The notes beneath the pieces are model-generated. The model worked only from the letters and a program-made list of their open reading frames with translations, did no database searches and had not been told where the DNA came from. Below, in pieces: positions 12,377-35,660 of a DNA stretch of 64,000 bases (position 1 is its first letter; the number at the start of each line of letters is the position of its first letter). Source of the stretch: Utricularia gibba (lineage: Eukaryota > Plantae > Magnoliophyta); contig CM007989.1 of NCBI GenBank assembly GCA_002189035.1, positions 2,976,001 to 3,040,000 of the forward strand, given 5' to 3'. A program made the translations under genes and the position numbers.

Positions 12377-13415
12377 AGTTATTTTGGAAATTCCAGTATA
12401 TTGTAGTAAAAAGAAAAAAAGATGATCACATAGAGGCCAGGGGAAGTGGGCCGACATCATTTCTCACGGTGTGAACTGAAGAGAAGGATCCAAAGGAAAG
12501 CTCAACTCTCCAACTGCTCCAATTGGAAGTCAACAAACGACAAAAGCCATTTGACTTCATTTTTAGAAAAACAAAAGAGGTAAAGGATTGTGGGGCCCAT
12601 GTCAGATCACCAACACCCTCGGTTGTAGGTAGGGTTAACTTGCTTCTACTGCTATTTGTCTTTGTAGTAACTTCTGTGAACTCACGTCATCAGAGCCATC
12701 TTGATGTGTTGATCTCGCTTTCTACTACAGAAGAAAAGAAAACTTTCTGCTATATTTGGGTTGTGATGTCCAGTTTGTTACGTGGTTTCACTACTAGAGG
12801 AAACTCATTTTCATCTAGATTAACGTGTGCAATAACACCGGTGAAAATATGGGAGACATTTGTCTGTGCTCAATTTTTATGGCGGTTGCCTTCTCCAGGG
12901 TCTAGACTCTAGCTCGGGCAGCCTCATCGAGGAAAGATGGAGATGTGCATTGTTAGAATATATATTTTATTGTTAAGAAGCCGCAATCAAACAGGAAGCC
13001 GAATTTAAAATTCCTGAAAGTATACTTGGTAAAATGATGCTGAAGGCGTCTATCCAGTACGATTGACTTCTCCACTTTGAAGATTTCGACAGTTCTGGAT
13101 TGAGAAGTGAGAAGGGAATCTGCGGGAACTTCTGAGCTGATTTGTGGAGTTGTAAAGGTGAAATCTTGGTTGTTTGAAAAACCAGACAGTTTTTCATGGG
13201 ATGAGCTGTTGAGTCTTTTTTCTTTATCTTACGTTGTACTACTCAACTGCTGGTTGGGAAAGCGTCTATTCTTTGGGTGGAGTTAGTTGGGTGGCAAAAC
13301 TTTGACATTTCTTGTGCTCTGTTCTGGGTCATTAATGGCGTACTTTTATCTTGTTTTTTTTTCCTCTCTCGTAAATTATTGGTTTGCTTGACGCAGGAAT
13401 CGGGTGTCGTTAGAG

Positions 13416-18602
<5,187 letters not shown>

Positions 18603-18902
18603 AGAACAGCAGGTGAGGACTGAGGGAGGGAGTTTTCCCAACAGTTAAGGATGGAGATCTTGTACAGGTTAGGCCTCACATGAGCTTCATGTATGAGTCG
18701 CTTATAGTGCTAGTTCTAAGAGGAAAATCGGGTTTACAAATAGCTTTACTGTGTAAGATTATATCAACTTTTGACTATAACCCATTGCATACAAAAGGAA
18801 CTGCAAAGTTCAGTTCATTCCCAAATGAAGAATGGTTACATGCTCAAGATCATATACTTGAAAATAGGAAATAACTGCTGATAACCAAATGACTGCATTC
18901 AT

Positions 18903-20565
18903 TTATTCATTCTTTGGGGTGTAGCCTGATCTTCTCAAGGTTTTCACAATTCCTCTAGCGATCTTCCAAAACCAGAAAATATTCATCATAAAAAGCAGTG
19001 ATGGCACAGTTATCAAGCTATAGAACCCCAGTGGAAACACTTTTCTGGCCTGAAATGAGTGGCATCTGTGCTTTTAGTTCCTTAGCTTATACTGCTACTA
19101 CTGAAAGAAGATGAGAACTCGCAAACCTCATTGAAGTGGATATACAAATGGTAGAAAAAGTAGACCATCATGATGATCCTTGCCCCCTGCGTGTGAATGC
19201 ACACCAGATCTTAAACTTATGAGAGCAAAACAGTTGAAGAAACACAACTTCTCTGAGAGAAGATTGAATGAGTATACCAGCCATCCGAAGAACAATGCCA
19301 CCCCATTTATTATGTAGAGTTTTGAGTTTTTCAGTCCACATACATCTAGATACCTGAATGTCTCGAGGACAAGAAGATGGGAAATGGTACTGATAAATGA
19401 AACTTGAATCTTGTGTAAATATAACTTCTAGTTGAGATTCATGAGCTTACCATCGAAGGTTAACAAACGGAGTCGTGAATTCGGTTAGCAGAACCATCAA
19501 TATGTAGAACTGAGCTTCACCACTCACTAAGGTCATCAAGAGTGAATACAGGGACAAGCCATGATGAAATAACTAGTGGCATACATAAGCTGATATTGGT
19601 TTGATGTTTTATGCAGAGATATGCATATCATAAATGAAGCAATCAACCACAGAACTTACATACTCCACCCCACCCAAAGCTGGATATTGATACAAAATCA
19701 TTGCCAGGTCAGTTAGAAAGTAACCAACAGAAACCTGCATCATATATATAAGGAAAAGGGGATTAAATGAAAAGTATGTCAAAGAAGAACAATGTGTTGC
19801 ATCTCGGCAGTAGAATGAGCTGATCCTGTTTCATGATGGAGTGCAAAGTATGCTGACATACCCCCAAAACAGCATCGGATAAAACTGAGGATCTATAAAT
19901 AAGCAATATGTAGTGATCATCCGCAAAAACATCTGATACAAGAAACAGATACAAAACAGAGGCAGACACTGCTATGGCATGGAAAGTAGAGAAACCCCTG
20001 CAAAAATCAAGATACAAAAACTGCTATAGCATGGAAATTTAGAAAACCAGAGAATTCGAAATTGACAGGATAAAAAAAAAGGTCACCTGTTGTTCCATTC
20101 AAGTTTCTCTTTGTCGTTAAGCTTGTTGTACCGCTTAACAAATGAAGTACTAATAGCTCGAGTAAGGTCAAAAACCTAAGATACAAGGGAGTAATCCTAT
20201 TCTATTAACAAGGATACAAAGAGCCAAGTGGTAAATCTAAATGATATTGAGCTACATGAATAGGACAAAGCCAATGAAGGTATCATGAACTATTTACTTT
20301 TCTTGTCATCAAAGCATCTATCTATGATATTATGTCATATAGTGAAATCTTGCTTTCAAGATCAAAAAAACACATGATCTGTCTAAGCTATGCGCCAAGG
20401 AGTAAAATTTTGAACTTCCAGGGCAAATAAACCAAGCAGAAAAACATAGTTGGCCATCAGAAAGAGGACAACACATACAATTTTGCACATCAACACGCCA
20501 GCAAAAACAGAAGAGAGCCAACGCAGTTCCTTCTTAGATGTAGCACGGCCCATAACCCCATTCAT
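18903..20565 (-). CDS. TLC (TRAM/LAG1/CLN8) domain membrane protein, TLCD4/TMEM56-like
   Basis: KELRWLSSVFAGVLMCKIV..KLEWNNRGFSTFHA..GARIIMMVYFFYHLYIHF..MNIFWFWKIARGIVKTL; GT-AG exons in frame. Confidence 0.88.
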
Positions 20566-21419
20566 CTTTTCACCCCTGTAAACAGACAAGCAATACAAAA
20601 AGAATCAAGCGAATGAACAATCGTTCTGGGCCATTCACAAAACACCAGTTGTGAATGAAACACGCAAAACAAGCAACTTTCAGAATTATAAAAAAAAAAA
20701 AAACCAGAATAAAAGCTCACTTGCAGAAATTTAGCCCAATGTTGGTAGCTGTGGAAATAGAATCAAAGCAAGCACAGCACCATTAGTTCAGCACAGTGCT
20801 CAGAAGATTCTAGAATTCAGAAGGGGGCAGGTGAAACAGCATCCCTTTGGGGCCCAAAGGAAGAAGAAAGTTGGGTTTTGGTTCGTTGTTCACAACCCAC
20901 ATTTCCATAACTTCTTTCATTTAATCTGACAAACGCTTTCATTGGAAATGACGAACTCTAACCTAAAGAACAAGGCAACCGTCGTCACTTTTACCATTAT
21001 TTTATTCCAAACCAAGTACAGTCCAAGCAGTCCTATTCTTATCTTGGTCAAAGATGCTATGAAAGCCTTTCAGGCCTCTCATTTTCCATTATCTTGTTCC
21101 AAGCCATAACAATCACAACGTGAGTTTTTAAATCGAGCATTTGCCATCTCATTTTCCATTCTGATCAGAAGAAGTTCACCAATCTAGTGTTTTAGCTTAT
21201 TTGCAATAACCACTCATTACAACTGAATGTTAAGAGGTTAAAAATTCCACTGATCCTACTAAGTTGCCACCGGGTAGTGAGAAGATCAGCCATGTGCAAT
21301 AACTGCGTAGGATGCTTCTTTTTTTGTTTTTCACTTTGCTTCCTGTGGGTTATATAGTCAACTAGATCTCATATTTCACAATGATACAAAGCTTCTGGCA
21401 TCAAAAGTGGGAGCAATGC

Positions 21420-26173
<4,754 letters not shown>

Positions 26174-26481
26174 TTTCTTACCCCACTTCCTTCAACCAAA
26201 TTTCAGGAGAATCGAACGGGAAAAACACGAAGACCCAACAAACAAATCTCGCTAGTGAATCGACCAGGGACTTGGATGAGTGACTTTCCTAGGATGTTGA
26301 CGACAGAAGGGGTTTTCTTGGTGGCAACTCTGTAGTCTGTACTCATTTCTCTGGAAATGGCTTCAAAAATGTCTTTTTGAATTTATTTTGATTTCGTAAT
26401 TAAAAAATGATTAAAATAACTATTTTCCCCTAAATCCAAAATTATAATATTTATACAAAAATAAGAAGCTTCACCAATGAA

Positions 26482-27074
26482 AGCCCACTTCATGTACTTT
26501 AAGGTGACGCAGGCCCATGGAATTCTCAGCCCAAACGAGCCCTTCTTTTCGTTTATGGGTAGGCCCACTACCCTATTGAAGTCCAAGCCTAAGGCACACG
26601 AGCCGCCCAGCTGGCATCGTGCGTTCGTTTTCCGTGCCCTAAAAAAATGTCACTCGGAGATATTTTTCCTCGTCGGAAGGAGAGATTTTTCCCCACGTGC
26701 AAGGATCCATGACATGTTTCTGTGTGCCTATCCCCTGTCACGTGCAGAACCGTGAATATCTGTTTGTTCCAGGTATACTTACCAAAGTATGTCAACATTA
26801 ATTTTTTTATCTATTCTATGATTAATTTATCCTACGTGTTGCATGCTTTTGGTTTAACTTTCAAATTTTTGAATTACCAAAAGTTTATATCTTTTGTCTT
26901 TGCGTGTTTTAATTATACTTATCAAATAGACACGCGCATCAATCTAACACATGCATTACAATTTACAATCAATCAAGAATAACAACACGTGATGATATAT
27001 TATGGTGCGATCATCCTCCCATAGGTGGGTGTTGAGTCACGTCTACAAGAACTATAAACCATCACCGACACGTG
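26482..27074. promoter_or_regulatory. Divergent promoter with 4 site II motifs (26482-26567) and 4 perfect G-boxes (26694, 26739, 26986, 27069)
   Basis: AGCCCA/GGCCCA x4 and CACGTG x4 read directly between UBP5(-) and the TPR gene(+). Confidence 0.6.
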
Positions 27075-27376
27075 CTGCCCGACAGGGTAAACTTCCTTAA
27101 TACTTTCTACCTAATTCTAATTATCTATCAAAAAGTAACAGAAAATGTCCAATTTTTTTCATCATAAACTTTAAATTCTCTCTAAACCTTAAAAGCCGAT
27201 TGGGAATCCATTTTAATTGTAAGAACTACAAGCAAAAATGCAACCATTTTATAACTGAATTATGTGCAAGAACAGTGTCCTTTTTTTTGTTTTTGTTCTG
27301 AGTTCGGAGATGTGGCGTGCCACCCACTGCCCATGGCTCTGTACCAACTCAACCGACCGTCAGTTCCGGGTATGGG

Positions 27377-27392
27377 CCCCCCCCCCCCCCCC
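27377..27392. repeat. C16/G16 homopolymer
   Basis: 16 consecutive C residues. Confidence 0.85.
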
Positions 27393-27768
27393 ACATGATA
27401 GAATAGAGGAAGAGAAAATAGGCCATCTTGCTTTGTGTGGAATATTCAAGTTTTAATGCCGAGACACGTCATTAAACTTAATATTTTAATAATATTCATT
27501 AGATGATCAAGGAAACATGTATTAATGTGCGGCATCGGTGCTTAGGAGCGGAGGGAGTCGTCTCTCTCACAAGTGATAGGTGGCGGTGCTTGGCTCCGTC
27601 GAAGCAAACGCTGCTAAGAGTGCCACCGGAGTTCTCTTTTTCCGGGGGTGGTTCTTCCTCCCGTTTCTGATTGGAGAAATGGTTGCCAGTTTTCAGTGAT
27701 TGTTTTATAGAGGTTTCCCTTGTCCCTGCTGCGTTTTCGCGTCAGATTCTGTTTCTTCATCTGTAAAG

Positions 27769-29134
27769 ATGGGATTTCAAGCGGCTGCAACAACTTCACT
27801 GCACTTCTCTAGTCCAGCGTGGTTTCCCAACTTACCCGCCTACTCTTCTCGAACATTCGCAACAGCCGTCTACTCGCCGTCGGCACGGCGGCGCCTCACT
27901 CATCGGTATCAATTTTGGGCAGAGTGGACACCGAAATCCCGATCCCGACCCATCAGAAGGGCATTGCGTGCAAGCTTTGATCCATTTTCTGATGAGCTGG
28001 GGGATGAATTGCCAGATGGCATTGTAGCGACATCTATTGTTTCATGTCAGAAGAAGTGGCATCCAGGTTTTATGCAAGCAGGGGAGACGGCCTACTGTTC
28101 AGTGAAGGAGGCGTTTACATCAACTGTTTTCATAATCCTTGAGCTCCACTCCTTCGCTCTGCAGATGAGGGAGTTTCTGTACTATGAAGATTTGCAAGGG
28201 ATTTTAGCAGTAGTTCAGAAGGAGATCCATGCCTCATTTGTTTGGCTGTTTCAGAAAGTGTTCTCTTGCACTCCAACTCTGATGGTGTATGTCATGATCT
28301 TCCTTGCAAATTACAGTGTTTACTCCATGTCCACTGGTGTTGCGGTAGCTGGGGCGTCACCGGCCCAAGCACAGCAAGCATCCACCATAGAAGATCAGAA
28401 GAAATCAATCCCGAGAACGGAATCATCAAGTGTTGGCAAGTCTACACTGTCATCATCAAATGGTAAGACCATTTCCATAGGAGGAAGCGGTGGTAGTAAA
28501 TACAGGGCGGTGGGTAGTGATCCTGATGAGGGTGATGATAGATTTAACAAATCGAATCGCCGGCGAACAGTTTTTCCGAATGAGAACTCGTCAGGTACTG
28601 GTAAGGCAGAGTCTGTTTCATTCTCTGAAGAAGAGGAGTCAAGAGGTTTTGTGTCTTCTGCAAACAACGAAATCAAAGCGACGGGTTTTTCAGGGGATCA
28701 TTTCAGGACTGAGATGCAATACCACATGGAAATGGCTCAAGAGCCTAATAATTCACTTCTCCTGGCGAACTTTGCTCAGTTTCTGTACCTAGTTGCCAAG
28801 GATCTCGACAGGTACCAACCATCTCCTATTCTGTGCATTCAGAGGAGATTGCCCTGCCCTGTATTGGGAATGAAGTGATCCTGATGCTTCTCCTTGCTAT
28901 TGTCACAGAGCAGAAGAGTATTTCAAGAGAGCCACAAAGATTGAACCCAAGGACGCAGAAGCATTGAACAAGTACGCCCACTTCTTATGGGAAGCGAAGA
29001 ATGATCTCTGGGCGGCTGAGGAGACATTCTTGGAAGCCATCGAGACGGAACCAGAGAACCCGTTTTATCCGGCAGAGTACGCCCATTTTCTGTGGACTAC
29101 TGGCGGAGAAGACACTTGCTTCCCCCTGAGTTGA
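27769..29134 (+). CDS. TPR-like repeat protein with a probable plastid transit peptide (2 exons)
   Basis: ..FSCTPTLMVYVMIFLANYSVYSM..EPNNSLLLANFAQFLYLVAKDLDR|AEEYFKRA..DAEALNKYAHFLWEAKNDLWAAEETFLEAIE..YAHFLWTTGGEDTCFPLS*; intron 28812-28908. Confidence 0.88.
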
Positions 29135-29489
29135 ACAGCAGATGTACAAACAACAAACCTGCCAAGTAGCTATCACAGACGAGTGATTCCATAGGAGGGA
29201 AGCAACTACTTCTTCTTCCTGCTGACATTTCCTGATTGAGCTTGGAGCTTTCTTCCCCTGGATGCTCTGGTTCTGCAGGCCATCAGCGGCGAGGCTAGTT
29301 CACCAAGGTTCATGTTAGCACCTGCTGTCTACGTATTCCTACTACTGAGTTATGCAGATGTACAGCAAACGCAAGCGTTCAATATTACAGAACAAACGTG
29401 CTACTCTACACCAAGAGCAAAATCAGCGGTTTTATCAAGCGGCAGTAGTAATAGGGATAAAAGCACCACCTGAAGCCGAAGCCTCGTTT

Positions 29490-30235
29490 CTTATAATATA
29501 ACTTATTATAACTTAAAAAAATCGAATGATTTATCCCAAATCTATATTTTTAGACAAAATTAACTGTTAACTTTGTAATAAAGGGACTTTGAATCGAATT
29601 TATTGAAGGAATTTTGTTCAATGCTTATAGATTCAAATCTTTGTTCATTTAGGACTTGTTTTATTTTTATAATTTTTGGAGTATTTTTTTTTGAAATTCT
29701 AATTTTTAAAATCTCTAGTAAAAATATATTCATATTATAATATTAGATTATACAATAACTTAACATATTAAACTTTATAATATATATATATTATTTTAAC
29801 ATATTGAATTTTATATTATCTCATAAAACCGTTTTATAATTTAATATAATATAATTTCAAAGATAATTTTATTTTGTATAATTTAATATACAATTTCAAA
29901 TTATAGATCAAATTTTTAACATACCATTAGAAATTTCAAATTCTGATTCAAAATTAATTTTAAAAATATCAAATTTATTGAATTTTAATCTTACTGATTA
30001 AATAAAAGAATAATTAATAAATATCCTTATTTATTTTATATGCATCTTTAAAATAAATTTATAAATTCACATTAAAATTTATATTAATTTAATCTATGAA
30101 ATTCTATAATATATAATTGAATTTATTAAATTTTATAATATAATAATATTTTATTTTTCAAAATAGTTGATTTTATGTATCAAATATTAAAAATAATTAT
30201 ATTTTACATAATATAAAATACATATTAAAAATACA
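29490..30235. repeat. Extremely AT-rich low-complexity block with degenerate internal duplications
   Basis: Almost G/C-free; repeated TTAACATATT(A/G)AA(C/T)TTTATA (about 29760, 29797) and TATAATTTAATATA..ATTTCAAA (about 29836, 29877). Confidence 0.6.
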
Positions 30236-30739
30236 CGGTTAACTAGCCCCAAGGATATAGGTAATCCCACTAACCCGCTCACGAGTCCATGACGGCTTCG
30301 TGTAAGAACTGAAAACTACGATCGTCGTTTTAGGGTTGAGGAATCGCATCCATAGTATCCAACGGTCCAAAATCAAACCTCTGAGCTTCCTCTGCACCGC
30401 ATCTTTGAAATTCGGGGTTTCGTGGCTCGCTTAACGACACCTACAATTATTGTTCCATCACCAACTTTCCCGTTGCGGGTTTTGATTATCGAAGGCCCTT
30501 TTCGATTTTCGTATCTCGGCTGGGTCAATTGGGTTTCGTTCTGTTTCTGCTTCCCGTTCTGGGTTTATGATTTCGCCTCGTTCCCTGATTGTTTCAACAT
30601 ATTTACATGATCGTGGCAGCATATCGAGGAAGGTGTTGTCTGGTAGAAAAAAAAGGAAGAAACTTTGGTTGCTTTGATCTCTAGAAGCTGTGTTGTATAC
30701 AATCACTTAAGCTGATTATTAACCTGTTTTATTAGGAAG

Positions 30740-33587
30740 ATGAAGCAATCCAATAAGAGGAAGAGATTGAGGGGCTCTAAGAAGGGGGTTGCTTCTAAAT
30801 GTATAGCCCCAGTGGAACAAAAGGTTCCAAGCAATTTTTTAGAGGCGTTTGGCTCAGTTTCCCTGGATGAGGTTGTTTTGAATAGTGGTGATACATGTAG
30901 GAATCCGTATAAGTCTGCGGAAGAACGTAGTACAGTTTCGTTTCTGGAGGATCAGAGTACTACATGCTCGAGTTCTAGTGGCAATTTTGATTTCAGTTCG
31001 AGTTCTAGTCGGAAGTCAGGTTCTAATGCAACTGAGGCTGCAATTGACACGAGTGATTTCCTTCACGATGAAATTTCGAAGAAAAGTAAGCCGAAAATGA
31101 AGAAAATTGTAGCATCTGCTGGGACGGTGTCATGTATTCTGGGTAAAGATTACGTGAGATCTGTCCCTAAGAAGTGTCCATTGAAGATGAAGAATGAAGA
31201 TAATTTCACCAGGCAGGAAGCAGAGGAGTTCTTGTATTCAGTGCTTGGAGATGATACTCTCTTAAGCTTTGCGTTAGTTAGTGATGTATTCTGTAAGTTT
31301 CTGCCTTCCTCTGCAATTTTTGTGGGAGGTCATTTTGTCATCCTCTTATACATTACTCTCTACACCATTTATGTTGATCTGGTCATTTTCAAAACTGATT
31401 TGCAGCATTAAACTATGATTGGCATTTTCATTTTCATTTTCATCATCATAACATTGACACGCTTATTCTGATATTGCGCATGTTGATGTGTATATGGAAG
31501 CTGGATTATTTTTGACTTCAAATCTATTTCACGTCTACAGGTCAATGTGGGTATAATCTAGATAAGGTGAGGGCGGATAATTTCTGTTTATCACTTTCGT
31601 TAAGGACTAAAGTTAGAGGAGGAAAGTGACCTGCAAATGTACTGTTGATTTGCAGAGACTGGAGTTTTGAGTGAACAGTAGTGAAGAAACTTACGCTTAA
31701 TTTTTTTTTTTTCTGAAATGAGCATTTGAAATTTGATGTTGCTACCTTATGGATCTTGAGGTTTGATATTTCAGGCATTAGATGTATTACTTGAACTATC
31801 ATCCTCCTCCAAAAGCGGCCCTGATACTTGCAAGGACTCAACCGGAGCAGAGCTTGCTGACAACTCAAATCTCAATGTATGTTGTAAACTTTTTTTTTCA
31901 CTGATTTAATATAAATAAATTTGTGGCCCAGGATCATTATGTTAAATCTGGTAGCTGAAAACCGGAGGAAAGCACCAAATTGCAGTTATCCATGATTGGA
32001 AATGTACTGTTGGCGTTTTAATGCATCCTAACTTGATTTTTTGACACCATGCGTGTTTTAGTCGTATTGACTTAGTCCTGTATTGTAGTGTGTGTATCAT
32101 TTATGTATACTTTTCATGATGATACCTCGCAGCCTGTCGATAAAACATCTGGTTCAAGTTACTATTCATCTGTTGTAGATTTTCAAGGGAATGCTTCGTT
32201 AGTTGGAAACATTTTCAGGTTATACTCATTTTTTTCGTGCTTTGTTCAGGTTGAAGGACGTTAATTCACTTGTTATCTTGCCTTTTCAGCAACTCAACAT
32301 GGCCTGCGTCTGGTGGCAGCCAAACTTCAACCAGTACGGAAAATTCGGAAGAACTCCCCCATAAGCTACTAGAGTCCTTGTTTCATATGCCAACACCCAA
32401 GACTTCTGGACAAGATCCAGATACCATGAACTGGAGAAGTGTGGTGAAGAAAATTAGGTCACTCAGTAAAGGGTTCGAGCCTGTTGACTATGATTCAGAG
32501 AAGCTGAGTCATGGTATAAAAATGTTGTTTTTACAATTTTGTTGCTTATCAGCATGCTATTTCTAACCCAATTCTCATTTAAATTATCAACTTAGCGAAA
32601 GGCAATGAATATCAAATGCTTAGAGATTCTGCAAACCATCACTATGATTCAATGAAATCTTACTATAGGAAGGTATATCTTCTCGGTTGTCTGCTCACTT
32701 GCATAGCCTTCTTAGTGCATACTGTCCTATCATTCAAGATTTATTAATTCTTTGAAGTATGCCTACATGTAGGCAACATCCGCTTTCAGTAATGGGGATA
32801 AGGCTTATGCTGCTTATCTTTCTGAGCAGGTAAACTCAGATGATCTCTGTGCTTCCTTTCATGTGTTGATATACTGGTCGAATTCCTGGACCACTGGTCC
32901 TGTTTCCCATATGTCAAGATTTACACATAATTGCGATACTAACATTGGTTTAATTTCCAAAAGGGGAGAATACAAAAGAAGATGGCCAGGGAGGCTGATG
33001 AAAAGGGTAGCCAGGATATCTTTGCTATTAGGTGTGCTGTTGCGTGTTAGCCTTTCCCGGACTGCAGTGATGTACACAGTTGCATGACCATCCTTTTTCT
33101 CAAAATACAGGAACAAGAGCATAAGGAATATGATTACAATCGACTTGCACGGGCAGCATGTCAAACAAGCAATGAACCTTCTGAAACTTCACCTCCTCTT
33201 TGGAGCATGTGTGCGATGTAAGACACCCTTTTGACTGATGTAATACTTTTGTGCAGTTTTCTTGGTCTGATGAGTTGAAGCTCTTACATCTGCTTTCTCC
33301 CATGCTCCTCCATCTTTAGCTGTCCGCTCCTTTCGAGTGATCACCGGATGCGGTCCCGGGAAATCAAACCTGAAGAGTTCGGTAAGATCCTTGTTCCCTC
33401 CGGCTGCCATGAACACATAAGAAGTCAGTTGAAGCAAGGTGTTGGTTATCTTTGGCGAGTGCAGGTTATTGATCTACTCAAGAAAGAAGGCATTTCCTGG
33501 TCTGAAGAGAACCCAGGAAGTCTGCTCATACAGCTAGGAAATCAGACGGCCTTCGGCTTCTTAGACTCCGGCAGTGACAGCGAATGA
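30740..33587 (+). CDS. SMR (Smr/MutS2) domain protein with DUF1771 region, At5g58720-like
   Basis: ..AEEFLYSVLGDD..DVFCQCGYNLDKALDVLL..YYRKATSAFSNGDKAYAAYLSEQG..ITIDLHGQHVKQAMNLLKLHL..FRVITGCG..EENPGSLLI; exons in frame. Confidence 0.9.
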
Positions 33588-34093
33588 CGATCGAATTCGT
33601 CCTAATGTAGCTGATTGTGCTTGTTGCGATCATCAGTCCGGCTTCTTCCTTGGCAAAAAAGGAGCTTACCCCCGTGTAACCTGTACTTCATAGCCTGAGA
33701 TACTGTGTTCCCCGTTACCACCATTGTTTTAAACTCCGGCGGGATTCTGCCTGAATCTCATGTTTTATCTCGGCTGTATCAGTGACCGGAGAAAAAGATA
33801 CTTCTATCAAAATTCAGCTTTAAATCGGGTTTCCAGACAGATTGTATGTCATTGGGTTTGTAATAAAAAAGAATGCTTGAAATTGACTATTGTCCAGAAA
33901 TTTCGTATTTTTCTCAAATCCAGAATTCGAAATTTTTTTTACATTTAAATAAAATCTAAGAGCAGTTGGGCCCGGGTGTGATTGAGCCTTCTTTTAAATC
34001 TGGCTTGCCGCCCGGTTTGGGCCTTATTATTGACCCATTGTTTTTTAAAATAACAGCGTTTTTCGGTGGAGATTTTCATCGGTTTCTGCGTAA

Positions 34094-35270
34094 ATGCAGT
34101 TTTTCGGAGTCTCGGAGATCAGCCCGTCGCCGCCGGTGGCGACGGCGTCCGGAAATAATGCTCACATGCTCTATATATTCAATAGAAGTGGAGTGTGTTT
34201 GCTCTACAGAGAGTGGAATCGACCTCTGAAAACCCTAAGTCCTCAGCAAGATTACAAGCTTATGTTCGGCCTTCTCTTTTCTCTCAGATCCTTGACTGCG
34301 AAGATGGATCCTACAAGGTGTTTGCTGCGACTGCTGATTGCTCCTGCATCGGCGTCGTTTTTGGCTTTTTATTTGCTTACTGGATGCTGCTGTTTGAACA
34401 CCCTGAAATTTTGTTTCATTTGTTTTTTTTGTTACGTTTGTGCCCAGTGTTGATAAGGGGAATCTTGGTGTGCCACTGCTTCCTGGTCAAGGTTGCTCTT
34501 TCCATAGCTTTAAAACGAATACGTATAAATTAAGCTTCATGGAAAGCCCATCTGGTGTCAAGGTTAGTTTGGATTGTCTTAATTTCTGAAAATTTTTTAG
34601 TACACTGTTGGAAATGTGAATGCGTGATGGGGATTCTGTTTTCATGGATCGAGCGAGCTTTCATCTTGTAGAAGTCCTAGCTTCCACGTGCTGCAATAAA
34701 AATGAAGAGTCCTTCTAGTTGCCTGTGTATATTAGCAAGCCCGTGTTTCTTGATTTAACATAAAGCGTGTTTCAGGTTGTTCTCTACGTGCATTCCTTGA
34801 TCGAAAGGAACGATGTCTTATCACGTTTTTTTGCCAAGCTGCTTCTCCTCTTAGCATGCATACTGTTCTGTTAAAAGAATATGTGATTTTCTGTAGATCA
34901 TTCTAGTCACCCATCCGAGGACTGGGGATCTTAGGGATTCTTTGAAGTTCATATATAACTTATACGTGGAGTATGTAGTGAAGAACCCTCTGTATTCTCC
35001 TGGAAGTCTCATCAAGTAAGTGCATTATTTTTCTTGCCGGTGGTCGAAAGGGTACTTATTTCTTTGATATTTCCTTCGCCTTTTTTTTTTGTACCTAAAT
35101 GCGATGAACATATATAAAGATGACATCAAAGAGTGAAGAAATGAGCTCTAGCTAGCTTTTACTACTTTCACCATGCATGAAAACCAGTTCCATTCATCTA
35201 AGCAACATATTTTTGCAGGTGCGAGCTTTTTAATAAATCCGTAGATCAGTATGTAAGAGGACTAGGTTAA
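34094..35270 (+). CDS. TRAPPC1: TRAPP complex subunit 1 (Bet5)
   Basis: MQFFGVSEISPSPP..MLYIFNRSGVCLLYREW..KLMFGLLFSLRSLTAKMDP..FHSFKTNTYKLSFMESPSG..YVEYVVKNPLY..YVRGLG*. Confidence 0.93.
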
Positions 35271-35660
35271 ATCGGCATGAGAACTTGTGAAGATTGCATC
35301 ATCATCTCTGTGAAGGTGGAGATGAGATCTGGACAATATGTGCACTCTGCTTATGATCATTTCGCTGCTGTTGCTTGAATCCACATCTCAATGAAATGCA
35401 ATTCTTTGTATTTGGCCAAAGCTACTAGTCTGTGATGAATACAACATTTCATATTCGAGCAGAAACATGATAGTGATGCGATAACATTCAGTCAAAGAAA
35501 AACTTAAACTCATAGACCAGGTTCAAAGTGCCATTCTGCTCCATAGTAGTAGAAACTTGAAGATTCGTACATGAAGCAACAAGCAGGTTCCTTATTTAAC
35601 CAGACATCCATACCCAAAGGTATAAAGCAAGAATAGAGTACCAGAGGGGATGAAGAGAAA

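Noticed and set aside
20208-20220. GTATCCTT on the minus strand in the TLC gene (U12-donor-like)
   Set aside because: It lies about 40 nt upstream of the acceptor, inside an ordinary GT-AG intron, not at an exon boundary.
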